Shown here in pieces: positions 1-8,817 of a stretch of DNA of 64,000 nucleotides. The notes under the pieces are model-generated. The model made no database searches. It saw nothing but the letters and a program-made list of their open reading frames with translations, and had not been told where the DNA came from. Every line of letters starts with the position of its first letter. Positions within the stretch are counted from its first letter, which is position 1. This DNA comes from Candidatus Latescibacterota bacterium (GTDB lineage Bacteria; Latescibacterota; UBA2968; UBA8231): positions 192,001 to 256,000 of the forward strand of contig CBDETK010000013.1 of assembly GCA_965242865.1 (NCBI GenBank), written 5' to 3'. The translations under genes were made by a program, and so were the position numbers.

Positions 1-1964
1 CCGCTTTCAAAGCCAAAGGATTCTCGGCCGGAGCGGCGGGTTGGGTCGGCAGTCGCCTGCCGCGACCAACTCGCCGAGGTCCGCACTTCGAGCTGCTCGC
101 GGCGCGGCGTCCACAGGTGCAATCGGTTCTGCTCGTCGTAGAACTGGTGGCGCAAGGTCAACCGCGAGTTTAGGTAGCGACCCACTTCAACGCTGAGGGT
201 CGTTTGCAGGTCGTCTAGCCGGTTCTCTTTTCTTTCAAAGTCATAGCCCGTAGAGAAATTGAGCTGGACTAGGCGCGTTTTGTGCTCTTGCTCGTCGCGC
301 AGCATTTTGGCCCAGAAGGTGTTGTCGAGGCGGAAGTTCAAGCGCCGGCGGTGCTGGAGCTGGCTGCCATCGCCGCCAAAGCCCAAGACGCCGCCGGTGT
401 CCGCGCGGGAGGCCTGATAGCTAAACGCGACGCTCGGTTTGAGCACGTGGCGCAGTGCTTGGAGCGGGCCGATGGACGGGTTGAAGAGGCCGTAGAAGGT
501 CTGGCTCAAGGTCGCGCGGGTCGAGAAGCGGTCGCGCCGCTGGCTGCGGACCGCACTATCGCGCAGGTCTTGGTCTTGCCAGTCTTGGTTGAGGGACGGG
601 CTGAGATTGAGCCAAGAGAAGGGGCGGTACTGGGTGCTGACGCGCCAGCTTACTTGGGCGCGGGTTTGACTCGTCGTATCTGTGCGCGTGCCGCGCCGCG
701 TGTTGCGCAGGCTGGCGTTGCCGTCGTAGTAAATGCGACTGTACCAAGGGAGGCTTTGGCGACTTTGGCCCTTGGGAGCTCCGCCCCAAATTGGCTTGCG
801 GCCCTTGCGCAGGCTGAGTTCGGGCAAAATGGTGGAAAACGTCTCGGTGTCGAGGTTTTTGGTCTGGCTCGCTTTCAGGCTAAAGCTATTGCCCGAGCCA
901 CGCCAACGCCGCGAGTAGCTGAGGTTGGAGCGCAGGAGGCGGTTGAGGCGGTCTTGGAGGCTCGCGCTGTTGTCTTGGGCAAAGGTGCTGTTGCTCTGGA
1001 AGGTGCCGTTGGCCCGCAGGCTGGCGTCGCGGCCGAGCTCTTGGCTGTGCGTAAATTCCACTCGCCAGTTGCGCGCGGCCGTGCGGCCGTCTTGGCGATT
1101 TTCAAACTGGGTGCTGACGCGCCCTCGGAAGCGGTAGCGCGCCGCGTAGTTTAGGCGGGCGCGCCCTAGCCAGCCCGAGCGCTGCCGTAGGTCGGCCGCG
1201 AGGGACAAGTCCCAATAGTCATTGGGCGCGAGGTAGTAGCCCAAGTTCCGCAGTTCCCACTCGCTTTGACGCGCCCCAAATCGAAGGGAGCGTTGCCCAA
1301 AACTCGGCGTCAACAGCCCGGACTGGCGGTCTTCGCGTAGCGAAAATACGTAAAAGGGAATCCACAACAGCCGCCGCTTTTTGATGCGGAAATACACCGG
1401 GCGCGCGATGGCTATGTCGCCGGCTAGGACCTTGATCCGCGGGCTGTAGAAGTCAAAGTGAGGGGGGTCGTCGTCGCACGTGGTGTACGAGCCTTGGTGG
1501 ACGTGGAACTCGGCGTCGCTGTGGGTCTGGATCAAGCGTCCGGCGTAAAATCCCTTGTCGCGGTGGATCTTGCCTTTGAGGATGGTTCCCTGCTCGGTGG
1601 ATAGGTCGTAGAGGATGCGCTCGCCGCGCAACGTTTGGTTGCCTTGGCGCAACACCGGGTGGCCAATGACGCGCCCCAGTGAATCGAGGGCTGCGCGCGC
1701 TTCGACTTGGTTGAGGGCGCGGCGAAAGACGATCTCGGCGGCCTCTAGCTGTGCGCCCTTGTACAAGACGCGGGCCTCCCCCTGCAACAGGAGCGAGTCG
1801 CCGACCTCGTAGTAGCGCATATAGGTGGCTTGGTAGGCAAAGCTCTGGTCTTTGGCTTGGCCCGTGGCCAGCAAGGCGCGGGCCTGTTGCAGGGGAGTCT
1901 CAGCCGCCTCGCTGCCTTGCAAAGGGGCGATGACTAGGCCGAGGACCAGCAGGGCGAAGATCAT
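1..1964 (-). CDS. lptD: LPS-assembly protein LptD (3' end runs off the window)
   Basis: Not in the ORF track. ATG at 1964 overlaps the rlmB stop (ATGA). Manual translation gives a signal peptide MIFALLVLGLV and LptD-type motifs GSYTTCDDDPPHF, LLWIPFYVF..DRQSGLLTP and NLGYYLAPNDYWD. Confidence 0.8.
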   Translation of the reverse strand, partial: MIFALLVLGLVIAPLQGSEAAETPLQQARALLATGQAKDQSFAYQATYMRYYEVGDSLLLQGEARVLYKGAQLEAAEIVFRRALNQVEARAALDSLGRVIGHPVLRQGNQTLRGERILYDLSTEQGTILKGKIHRDKGFYAGRLIQTHSDAEFHVHQGSYTTCDDDPPHFDFYSPRIKVLAGDIAIARPVYFRIKKRRLLWIPFYVFSLREDRQSGLLTPSFGQRSLRFGARQSEWELRNLGYYLAPNDYWDLSLAADLRQRSGWLGRARLNYAARYRFRGRVSTQFENRQDGRTAARNWRVEFTHSQELGRDASLRANGTFQSNSTFAQDNSASLQDRLNRLLRSNLSYSRRWRGSGNSFSLKASQTKNLDTETFSTILPELSLRKGRKPIWGGAPKGQSRQSLPWYSRIYYDGNASLRNTRRGTRTDTTSQTRAQVSWRVSTQYRPFSWLNLSPSLNQDWQDQDLRDSAVRSQRRDRFSTRATLSQTFYGLFNPSIGPLQALRHVLKPSVAFSYQASRADTGGVLGFGGDGSQLQHRRRLNFRLDNTFWAKMLRDEQEHKTRLVQLNFSTGYDFERKENRLDDLQTTLSVEVGRYLNSRLTLRHQFYDEQNRLHLWTPRREQLEVRTSASWSRQATADPTRRSGRESFGFES

Positions 1965-2692
1965 GGCTGACGCTGACGCAGCACTTCGTACAGGGCAATG
2001 CCCGCGGCCACCGAGGCGTTGAGCGAGCCGCTGGTGGGAATGTGCAAGAGGGCGTCGCAACGCTTTTGCACCAGGCGCCGCAGCCCTTTGCCCTCGCTGC
2101 CGATGACTAGGGCGCAAGGCTGGGCAAAGTCCGCGGCCGCCAAGGGCTGCTCGCCTTGGGCGTCGAGTCCGGCGATGAAAAGTCCGCAATCCGCGGCTTT
2201 TTGCAGGGCCTTTTGCAAGTTGTCAACCCGACAGACAGGTACGTGCTGGGCCGCCCCGGCCGCGGCCTTGAGCGCGGCCGCGGAGAGTCCCGCGGCAGTG
2301 CGGGACGGCACGACGACGCCTTGGGCGCCGAGCGCGTGGGCGCTGCGGATTATGGCCCCGAGGTTGTGGGGGTCTTGTATTTGGTCGAGAAAGAGGAGGA
2401 GGGCTAGTGCCGGCAGGTGGGCGAGCACGCGGTCGAAGTCGGCGTACGCCGCCGCGGCCGCATAGGCGACGACGCTTTGGTGGTAAGGCCCGGCGAGGCG
2501 GTCGAGCTGGGCTCGGTCGCGCAGATCGTATGGAATGTGCGCCTGCCGGGCGCGGGCGAAAATTTCGTCGATGACCGGGCCGTGCGCGCCTTGGGCGACG
2601 AGCAGGCGACGCAGGGGGCGGTTGGCGCGCAGGGCTTCGAGCACCGGGCGGCGGCCCCAAATTAGGTCGTCGGATGGCTGTTTATCAGACAT
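1961..2692 (-). CDS. rlmB: 23S rRNA Gm2251 methyltransferase (SpoU family)
   Basis: IWGRRPVLEAL N-domain; DQIQDPHNLGAIIRSA; GSEGKG; SLNASVAAGI. Confidence 0.92.
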   Translation of the reverse strand: MSDKQPSDDLIWGRRPVLEALRANRPLRRLLVAQGAHGPVIDEIFARARQAHIPYDLRDRAQLDRLAGPYHQSVVAYAAAAAYADFDRVLAHLPALALLLFLDQIQDPHNLGAIIRSAHALGAQGVVVPSRTAAGLSAAALKAAAGAAQHVPVCRVDNLQKALQKAADCGLFIAGLDAQGEQPLAAADFAQPCALVIGSEGKGLRRLVQKRCDALLHIPTSGSLNASVAAGIALYEVLRQRQP

Positions 2693-2763
2693 ATAGGGAT
2701 GGAGCGTAGTGGTCGCTGAGATCGGCTCATTGTGAGTGTTGAGGCAGCCAATTGAAAGTTTCC

Positions 2764-3273
2764 CTAAAGCAGCTTCGCTAGATGTCTTATGCGACGCCTG
2801 ACTTCGTCGCCCGGCAGAAACACCAGCGGGTCATTGTGCAATAGCCGCAGCGCGTCGTACAATTTGCGCGGGGACGCGATCCGGTGCGATGCCAGTTCAT
2901 CTATTATCCATAAAATGCCGTGGGTCTCGATTTCATTGTGTGCGGCGACCGTCCTCAATGCGCTGTCGCCAGTGAGCAGAATACTGTCGTCAATGTCTTG
3001 CGCCAGGGCGAGAGCGAAGCAGTCGTTGAGCGTGAGACGCTTGTGTAGATTGAAATGCGCCGCCGCCCGGATTACGATTGCTGCCGGCAGTCCGCGAACC
3101 TCCAATCCGCTGTTCTTCAGCATTTTCTTATCGCTCGCGGAAAGCCCCAGCCATTCTTCCTCGAACAGTGCGTCGGGCATCGCGAAGGTGTAAGGAAGCG
3201 CGAGGACTGCATTCAGGAGTGTAGCCTTCTCCAGATCGATCATGCAGGACGTGTCACTTACGATAATCCGCAT
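2764..3273 (-). CDS. PIN-domain nuclease (putative toxin)
   Basis: IIVSDTSC start; acidic tetrad positions retained (D7, EEE, LNDC, LLTGD); ETHGILWI; overlaps the upstream XRE-ImmA gene. Confidence 0.8.
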   Translation of the reverse strand: MRIIVSDTSCMIDLEKATLLNAVLALPYTFAMPDALFEEEWLGLSASDKKMLKNSGLEVRGLPAAIVIRAAAHFNLHKRLTLNDCFALALAQDIDDSILLTGDSALRTVAAHNEIETHGILWIIDELASHRIASPRKLYDALRLLHNDPLVFLPGDEVRRRIRHLAKLL

Positions 3274-4348
3274 CGATCTCAGCCGGCCCCCTCAATCCCT
3301 GTTCGATCCGACTGCGAGGCTGCTGAAGCAACTCACCGGCCTTACTCGGTGAAATGAGGCCCTCGGCTAGTGCCCAGTAGCAAAGCCGTTCAAACCGACG
3401 CGGCTCCTCGTGCTGCCCTTCCTCGCCTCTTCCCTCCAGCGGTTCTGGCTCAGTGGAGCGCCAGCCGCGGGCAAAGGTCTGGAACGCATAAGCCAGCGTT
3501 GATTCATTGATCACGCCTACCTGTTTGAAGCGCACCAGTAGCGTTGCCGCACTAACCCGGTACATCCGCTTGAGTTGGATCAGTTCTTGGTAGCCGGTAG
3601 CCTTGCGGGCCTCGCCAATTTCCCGGACGAGGTGACCCCGCGGGATGAGAAAAGCACCGGCAAAGACGTTCGATGCTTTTTCGTGATTGACTGGAGAGTT
3701 TGGGTCAATTAGCCGGTGTGCTAGCTCGTGGGCCAGCGTAAATCGCCGTCGTTCAAGCGTGGCTTTTCGGTTTACGACAATCACCGGGACTTGCTCCTCT
3801 TGGCGTTGTCTGCGGACTAGGCAGGTCAAGCCCGACACGCGCTCCGGCAATTCGATCACCAAGACCTTGATTCCCCAGTCCTCAAGTAGGGCGGTCATGT
3901 TCGGGATGGGATCGATACCGAGTTGCCATTCTTTACGCATGTTCTCGGCGACGGTCTCGCCTTCGTCTTCTCGATTGAGGAAGCGATTCGCCCACTGCGG
4001 CGTCCGCCATACCCCGCTATCTAGGCCTAGGATTTCCTCAATCGTCAGATAGCGTTGCAGACAGTCGATCACTTCGGCCGACACCCGCGCTCTTTCGCCA
4101 ACCAACGTGCCGGAACGTTTGCGAAATTCTACCGCCTCCAGCTCCTCGACCTGTTCGCTCAGCAGGTATTCAAGGGACACGCCGAGGATTTTGGCTAGCC
4201 GAATTAGGACGCCGGAGCTCGGCATCATCGCGCCCCGCTCGTATTTTCCGAGGGCTTGGGCGGTGACGTGGCCATCCAACGCGTCCGACAATCCGCGCAG
4301 CGAATAACCGGCCTTTTTTCTGGCAAGTTTTAGGCGATCTCCAAACAT
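3254..4348 (-). CDS. XRE helix-turn-helix fused to ImmA/IrrE (M78) zinc metallopeptidase
   Basis: N-terminal HTH (RLKLARKKAGYSLRGL..KYERG); RRRFTLAHELAH HExxH motif; ASNVFAGAFLIP; AGAGGAG RBS upstream. Confidence 0.9.
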   Translation of the reverse strand: MFGDRLKLARKKAGYSLRGLSDALDGHVTAQALGKYERGAMMPSSGVLIRLAKILGVSLEYLLSEQVEELEAVEFRKRSGTLVGERARVSAEVIDCLQRYLTIEEILGLDSGVWRTPQWANRFLNREDEGETVAENMRKEWQLGIDPIPNMTALLEDWGIKVLVIELPERVSGLTCLVRRQRQEEQVPVIVVNRKATLERRRFTLAHELAHRLIDPNSPVNHEKASNVFAGAFLIPRGHLVREIGEARKATGYQELIQLKRMYRVSAATLLVRFKQVGVINESTLAYAFQTFARGWRSTEPEPLEGRGEEGQHEEPRRFERLCYWALAEGLISPSKAGELLQQPRSRIEQGLRGPAEIDADYRK

Positions 4349-4385
4349 CGGGCTCCTCTATTCCGTAGGTCGAGGGGCTACTGTG

Positions 4386-4744
4386 TCAAGTTCGGTATGA
4401 GTATATCTCCGTATTGCAGCGATGAGACGATAATGTGTCACAAATTTGGTCGTTTGGTTCAAAATACGCATGAAGCAATTGCTGCCGCTCGGCCTGTGTC
4501 TTGGCTAGTTCATTGAGAAGGATAGAGTAATCTGCGTCGCTTTTGAATTTCTCTCGATACCAGTGTTCTGGGTCGAGTCGATTGTCTCGTTGCGGAGCTT
4601 TGCTAGCTTGTGAATCAGATCGAGCGTTATCTCCCAACCCGTGGGAATTTTTGCTGCCCGCGATACGCCCGAGCCGATAAGGACAGCGTAAACGCCGCGG
4701 TTGGCCTGAATCGAGAATGCAAGCGAGTGGACCGGATCAATCAT
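4386..4744 (-). pseudogene. SIR2-like (SIR2_2) protein N-terminus, frameshifted and truncated
   Basis: YAVLIGSGVSRAAKIPTGWEI in one frame continues as DPEHWYREKF..DYSILLNELAKTQAERQQLLHAYFEP in another frame. The later TTNFD-type motif is absent. Confidence 0.75.
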
Positions 4745-6015
4745 GGTGATGTCGTCTCCAATTGCGTTACTCGCAACTTGCCGGACACTAGTTTGGGAAG
4801 CAAGGTGTCGCGCAGGGCGGCGAGGGTGCGGGATTCTGTTACGTTTGACCGGATCCGCCTATCAAATTGTAGAGCAAACATTCCGAACGCATCAACTACG
4901 TCTGAGGTAGGCTCTATCGTTGGCATTTCTTCAAACTGCTGCTTGTTAATGGCTCCGAATACTGTTCCCGTATGCTCGTATTGCTGAATCGCTCTTTGTA
5001 AAGCCCCGGCTGCGTAGTACGTGAACGAACTAGACCCCAACTTGTGCCGGAGGGCTGCGACCCCTCGGCCAATGCAGCATTGCTCCCAAGCCATGTTGAT
5101 GTCGCCGACAGGGGCTCGGACACTGACTAGCGTATCCTCGGGCTGGGCAATCCGAGCTGGGGCCGTGCAGAACTTTCGATTTTCAGGATACCGGAAGCCA
5201 AAATCGGTTCGACCTTGAAAGAATGGCAAGCCCTCACCGTGTTCATTGTACGTACTGCTTGGAGGTGATTGTCCCATCGTCAGATAGAAGCACTCCCCCA
5301 CCGTCTCAACCTCCCACCCCTCCGGCACCTCCCCCAATTCCGATTCCACCAGCCGGTCAGGGAACAACGCCGCGACCTCCGTCGGCAACCCGGTATCCCG
5401 CCCCTCCATCTTCGCCCGCGTCGGCCCGAAATCGACGAACCAGTCCTTGAAAATGGCTCGCGCCATCTCCTCCAGCGTCTCGTTCATGCGCCGGTTGAGT
5501 TCAATTTTGTCATCCAGTGTGCCGAGGATGTGGGCGATGGCGCGTTGTTCGGATAGGGGCGGCAGGTCCAGCTTTAACTGTCCGATGTCTGCTGGCCTGA
5601 TCGATGGATAGGCCGTCGTGCTGTGCTCGGCGATGGTGTGAAGTTGCTCGACAATGTGGTCCTGCGCCAAGAACCAATACAGGAAGTCCGTATGTGCGAG
5701 ACCGTCCTTTCCTCTTATAACCGAAAAGCCCGTCGAAGCCAGAAAGTTCGCCGGCACCTCTTTCAGTAAACCGAAATGCCTTTGATTGGGTCGAACCGTT
5801 GAATACACGATGTCGCCCGGCTGAACTTTTCGCCGTGCCCGGCTCGGTATCTTGTCTCTATTGACGATCAGATGCTGAATTTCCTCAATTCTATTCTCCT
5901 TTATATTGCCTGTGTCGAGATAATTGATGAATGGCCATGCCTCTGTTGGCGCATACGTGGAATCATTTATTTCAACGCAATCGCCAAAGGCCACCGTCAG
6001 CCACTCGTCGCCCAT
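4741..6015 (-). CDS. hsdS: Type I restriction-modification specificity subunit
   Basis: Two TRDs; conserved LPPLSEQRAIAHILGTLDDKIELN..LEEMARAIFKDWFVDF..GEVPEGW; terminal LAALRDTLLPKLVSG. ATG at 6015 follows AAGGAG. Confidence 0.92.
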   Translation of the reverse strand: MGDEWLTVAFGDCVEINDSTYAPTEAWPFINYLDTGNIKENRIEEIQHLIVNRDKIPSRARRKVQPGDIVYSTVRPNQRHFGLLKEVPANFLASTGFSVIRGKDGLAHTDFLYWFLAQDHIVEQLHTIAEHSTTAYPSIRPADIGQLKLDLPPLSEQRAIAHILGTLDDKIELNRRMNETLEEMARAIFKDWFVDFGPTRAKMEGRDTGLPTEVAALFPDRLVESELGEVPEGWEVETVGECFYLTMGQSPPSSTYNEHGEGLPFFQGRTDFGFRYPENRKFCTAPARIAQPEDTLVSVRAPVGDINMAWEQCCIGRGVAALRHKLGSSSFTYYAAGALQRAIQQYEHTGTVFGAINKQQFEEMPTIEPTSDVVDAFGMFALQFDRRIRSNVTESRTLAALRDTLLPKLVSGKLRVTQLETTSP

Positions 6016-6101
6016 GCCTTGCTCCTTCCGCTTCAATCGGATGCTCGCCTGTTGAGCTGCCCAAGGTAGCTCGTTCTTTTCTCAACTACAGAAACGCAGT
6101 C

Positions 6102-8726
6102 TCATTCTCCGCTTTTAATTTGCTCTTTCCATTCGTTCAGCTTGAGCAACGCTTGGAGCGGCGTGACTTGGCTGAGGTCCAGGTCCTGTAGCTCCGCCAC
6201 CCACGGCGCGTCGGCCGGCGCGGGGAAGAGGTCGAGTTGGGGCCGGTGGGCTGGCGGGGGCGCGTCCGGGCGGTGAATGTCTTGGGTGTCGATCTGGTCC
6301 TTTTCGAGGCGGGCGAGAATTTCTTGGGCGCGTCCTACGACTTGGGCTGGCATCCCGGCCATTTGCGCGACGTTGATGCCGTAGCTTTGGTCGGCCGCTC
6401 CCGGGGCCAAGCGGTGGAGGAACACCACGCGGTCGCCTTCTTCGCGCACCTGCACGTTGAAGTTGACGACGCGCTCTAGGTGGCTTTCGAGTTCGGTCAT
6501 CTCGTGGTAATGCGTGGCAAAGAGGGTGCGCGGGTGAACTGCCGGGTGCTGGTGCAAGTATTCGACGATGGCATAGGCAATGCTCAGGCCGTCGAAGGTG
6601 CTCGTGCCGCGCCCCAACTCGTCGATGAGGAGCAAGCTGCGGCCAGTGGCGTTGTTGAGGATATTGGCGGCCTCGTGCATCTCCACCATAAAGGTGCTCT
6701 CGCCCCCGGCGAGGTTGTCGGACGCGCCCACGCGGGTGAAGATGCGATCGACAATGCCGATGGTGGCTTGGCGCGCGGGGACGAAGCTGCCCATCTGCGC
6801 CATCAGCGCGATGAGCCCCACTTGGCGGATGATGGTGCTCTTGCCGGCCATGTTCGGGCCGGTGATGAGCATGATCTGGGCTCCGTCGGCGTCGAGGCGC
6901 ACGTCGTTGGGCACGAAGCGGCCGGTGCGGAGCTGACGCTCGACGACCGGGTGGCGGCCGTCGCGGATGTCGATGCGCGGGCCGTCGTTGACTTGGGGCC
7001 GGGTGTAGGATTCGCGCTCGGCCACTTCGGCGAGGGAATACAGCGCGTCAATGCGGGCGATGGCGCGGGCGATCTGCTGGACTTGGGGCGCCCAGCGGAC
7101 CGCGCGGGCGCGCAGGGCCAAGAACAACTCGTTTTCCAGCTCTTTGAGCCGATCCTCAGCCCCCAAGACCTTTTCCTCGTACTCCTTTAGCTCGGGCGTG
7201 ATGAAGCGCTCGGCGTTGGTCAAAGTCTGTTTGCGATGGTACTCTGTGGGCGTTTTGTCGAGGTTGGCCTTGCTGATTTCAATGTAGTAGCCAAAGACTT
7301 GGGTGTAGCCGATCTTGAGCGAGGCAATGCCGGTGCGCTTGCGCTCGATGGCCTGCAAGCGGGCGATGTAGGACTTGCCGCCGCGGGCGATCTGCCGCAG
7401 TTGGTCGACGTCTGGGTGATGACCGTCGCGGATTAGGCCGCCTTCGGTCAGGGCCACCGGAGGCGCGTCAACTAAGGCATTGAGGATTTCGGCGACCAAT
7501 TCGCGGACGTCGGGCAGCCCCTTGGCGCATAGCTCTTGCAGGAGCTCGCTCTGGGCCGAGGCCAGCGCGGTGCCAATGGCCGGCGCGATGTCGAGCGAGC
7601 GGGCGAGGGCCACCATGTCGCGGGCGTTGGCGCGCAGACAGCAAATCCGGGCGATCAGCCGCTCTAAGTCGCCGACCTGCTCTAGGCATTGGCCGAGGGT
7701 GCGGCGGTCGTCGCGCAGGTGCAACAGCCGGTCAACCGCCGCTAGGCGGGCCTCGATGGCAGCCGCTTTCTTGAGGGGTTGTGCAATCCACTGGCGCATC
7801 AGGCGAGCGCCCATGGGGGTGCGGGTGCGGTCGAGGATTTCGAGGAGGGTGTTGGTGCGGCCCCCATCTTGGAGGTTGGCTAGCAGCTCTAGGTTGCGCT
7901 GGGCCGCGGCATTGACGAGCGCGAAGTCCTCGCGGCGCTTGCGCTGGAGGCGGTTGACGTGCTCGACTGCGCCGCGCTGGTTGTCGCGCAAATAGGCGAC
8001 TGCGGCCCCGCCGGCGCAGATGGCGGCCTTCATGTCCTCGCAGCCAAAGCCTTTGAGGGTCTGCACCCGGAGCTGGTCGGTGAGGGTGTCGTACGCGGTG
8101 TCGGCGGCAAAGTGCCAGTCTTCGACGTGGCTGATGGCCACCCGCGGCAAGGCGGTCTGCAGCGTCTGCACCCACTCGGCGTCCGAGCCGGCGGCGATGA
8201 GCAGCTCGGCCGGGGCGAGGCTCTCCAGCTCGTCGGAGAGGTCGCTGGCCGGGAGCTCGTCGAGCGCGAAGTCCCCGGTTGACAGATCGACGCTGGCCAA
8301 GCCGACGCAGTCCGCACGGGGGCAGAGGCCGACGAGGAAGTTGTTGCGCTGCTGGTCGAGCAAGGCGTCGGAAAGGGCCGTGCCCGGGGATACGACTTGC
8401 ACCACATCGCGCTTGACGACGCCCTTGGCCTTTTTGGGGTCTTCGATCTGCTCGCAGATGGCGACCTTGCGGCCGAGTTGGATGAGCTTGGCGAGATAGC
8501 CCTCCATGGCGTGATGCGGCACGCCGGCTAAGGGCACATCGCCGGCCGCCTTGCCGTGGTTGCGCGCCGTCAAGGTGAGGCCCAAAAGCCGGGCGGCCTC
8601 TTTGGCGTCGTCGAAGAACATCTCGTAGAAGTCGCCCATGCGGAAGAAGAGGATCGCGTCTGGGTGCTGGCGCTTAAAGTGGGCGTACTGCTCCATCGCT
8701 GGGGTGAGTTTGGTTCTCGGGGACAT
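6102..8726 (-). CDS. mutS: DNA mismatch repair protein MutS
   Basis: TPAMEQY; FRMGDFYEMF; ITGPNMAGKST; DELGRGTST. Start moved to ATG 8726 because the ORF-track extension overlaps rpsA and its terminator. Confidence 0.97.
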   Translation of the reverse strand: MSPRTKLTPAMEQYAHFKRQHPDAILFFRMGDFYEMFFDDAKEAARLLGLTLTARNHGKAAGDVPLAGVPHHAMEGYLAKLIQLGRKVAICEQIEDPKKAKGVVKRDVVQVVSPGTALSDALLDQQRNNFLVGLCPRADCVGLASVDLSTGDFALDELPASDLSDELESLAPAELLIAAGSDAEWVQTLQTALPRVAISHVEDWHFAADTAYDTLTDQLRVQTLKGFGCEDMKAAICAGGAAVAYLRDNQRGAVEHVNRLQRKRREDFALVNAAAQRNLELLANLQDGGRTNTLLEILDRTRTPMGARLMRQWIAQPLKKAAAIEARLAAVDRLLHLRDDRRTLGQCLEQVGDLERLIARICCLRANARDMVALARSLDIAPAIGTALASAQSELLQELCAKGLPDVRELVAEILNALVDAPPVALTEGGLIRDGHHPDVDQLRQIARGGKSYIARLQAIERKRTGIASLKIGYTQVFGYYIEISKANLDKTPTEYHRKQTLTNAERFITPELKEYEEKVLGAEDRLKELENELFLALRARAVRWAPQVQQIARAIARIDALYSLAEVAERESYTRPQVNDGPRIDIRDGRHPVVERQLRTGRFVPNDVRLDADGAQIMLITGPNMAGKSTIIRQVGLIALMAQMGSFVPARQATIGIVDRIFTRVGASDNLAGGESTFMVEMHEAANILNNATGRSLLLIDELGRGTSTFDGLSIAYAIVEYLHQHPAVHPRTLFATHYHEMTELESHLERVVNFNVQVREEGDRVVFLHRLAPGAADQSYGINVAQMAGMPAQVVGRAQEILARLEKDQIDTQDIHRPDAPPPAHRPQLDLFPAPADAPWVAELQDLDLSQVTPLQALLKLNEWKEQIKSGE

Positions 8727-8756
8727 GGTTGGGGAGAGTCGCGGGTTGGGGTGGGG

Positions 8757-8799
8757 AAAAATAAAAGCGCGGTGGAACGATCGCTCGTCCCACCGCGCT
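8757..8799 (-). terminator. Intrinsic terminator after rpsA
   Basis: Minus strand reads AGCGCGGTGGGACGA-GCGA-TCGTTCCACCGCGCT followed by a T-rich tract. Confidence 0.8.
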
Positions 8800-8817
8800 C
8801 GCTCATGGCTGCGGGGC

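Noticed and set aside
282-1154. 290-aa plus-strand ORF
   Set aside because: Antisense shadow of lptD, which has recognisable motifs on the minus strand.
2693-6101. Defence remnant as a mobile island
   Set aside because: No flanking direct repeats, integrase or transposase were found by eye.
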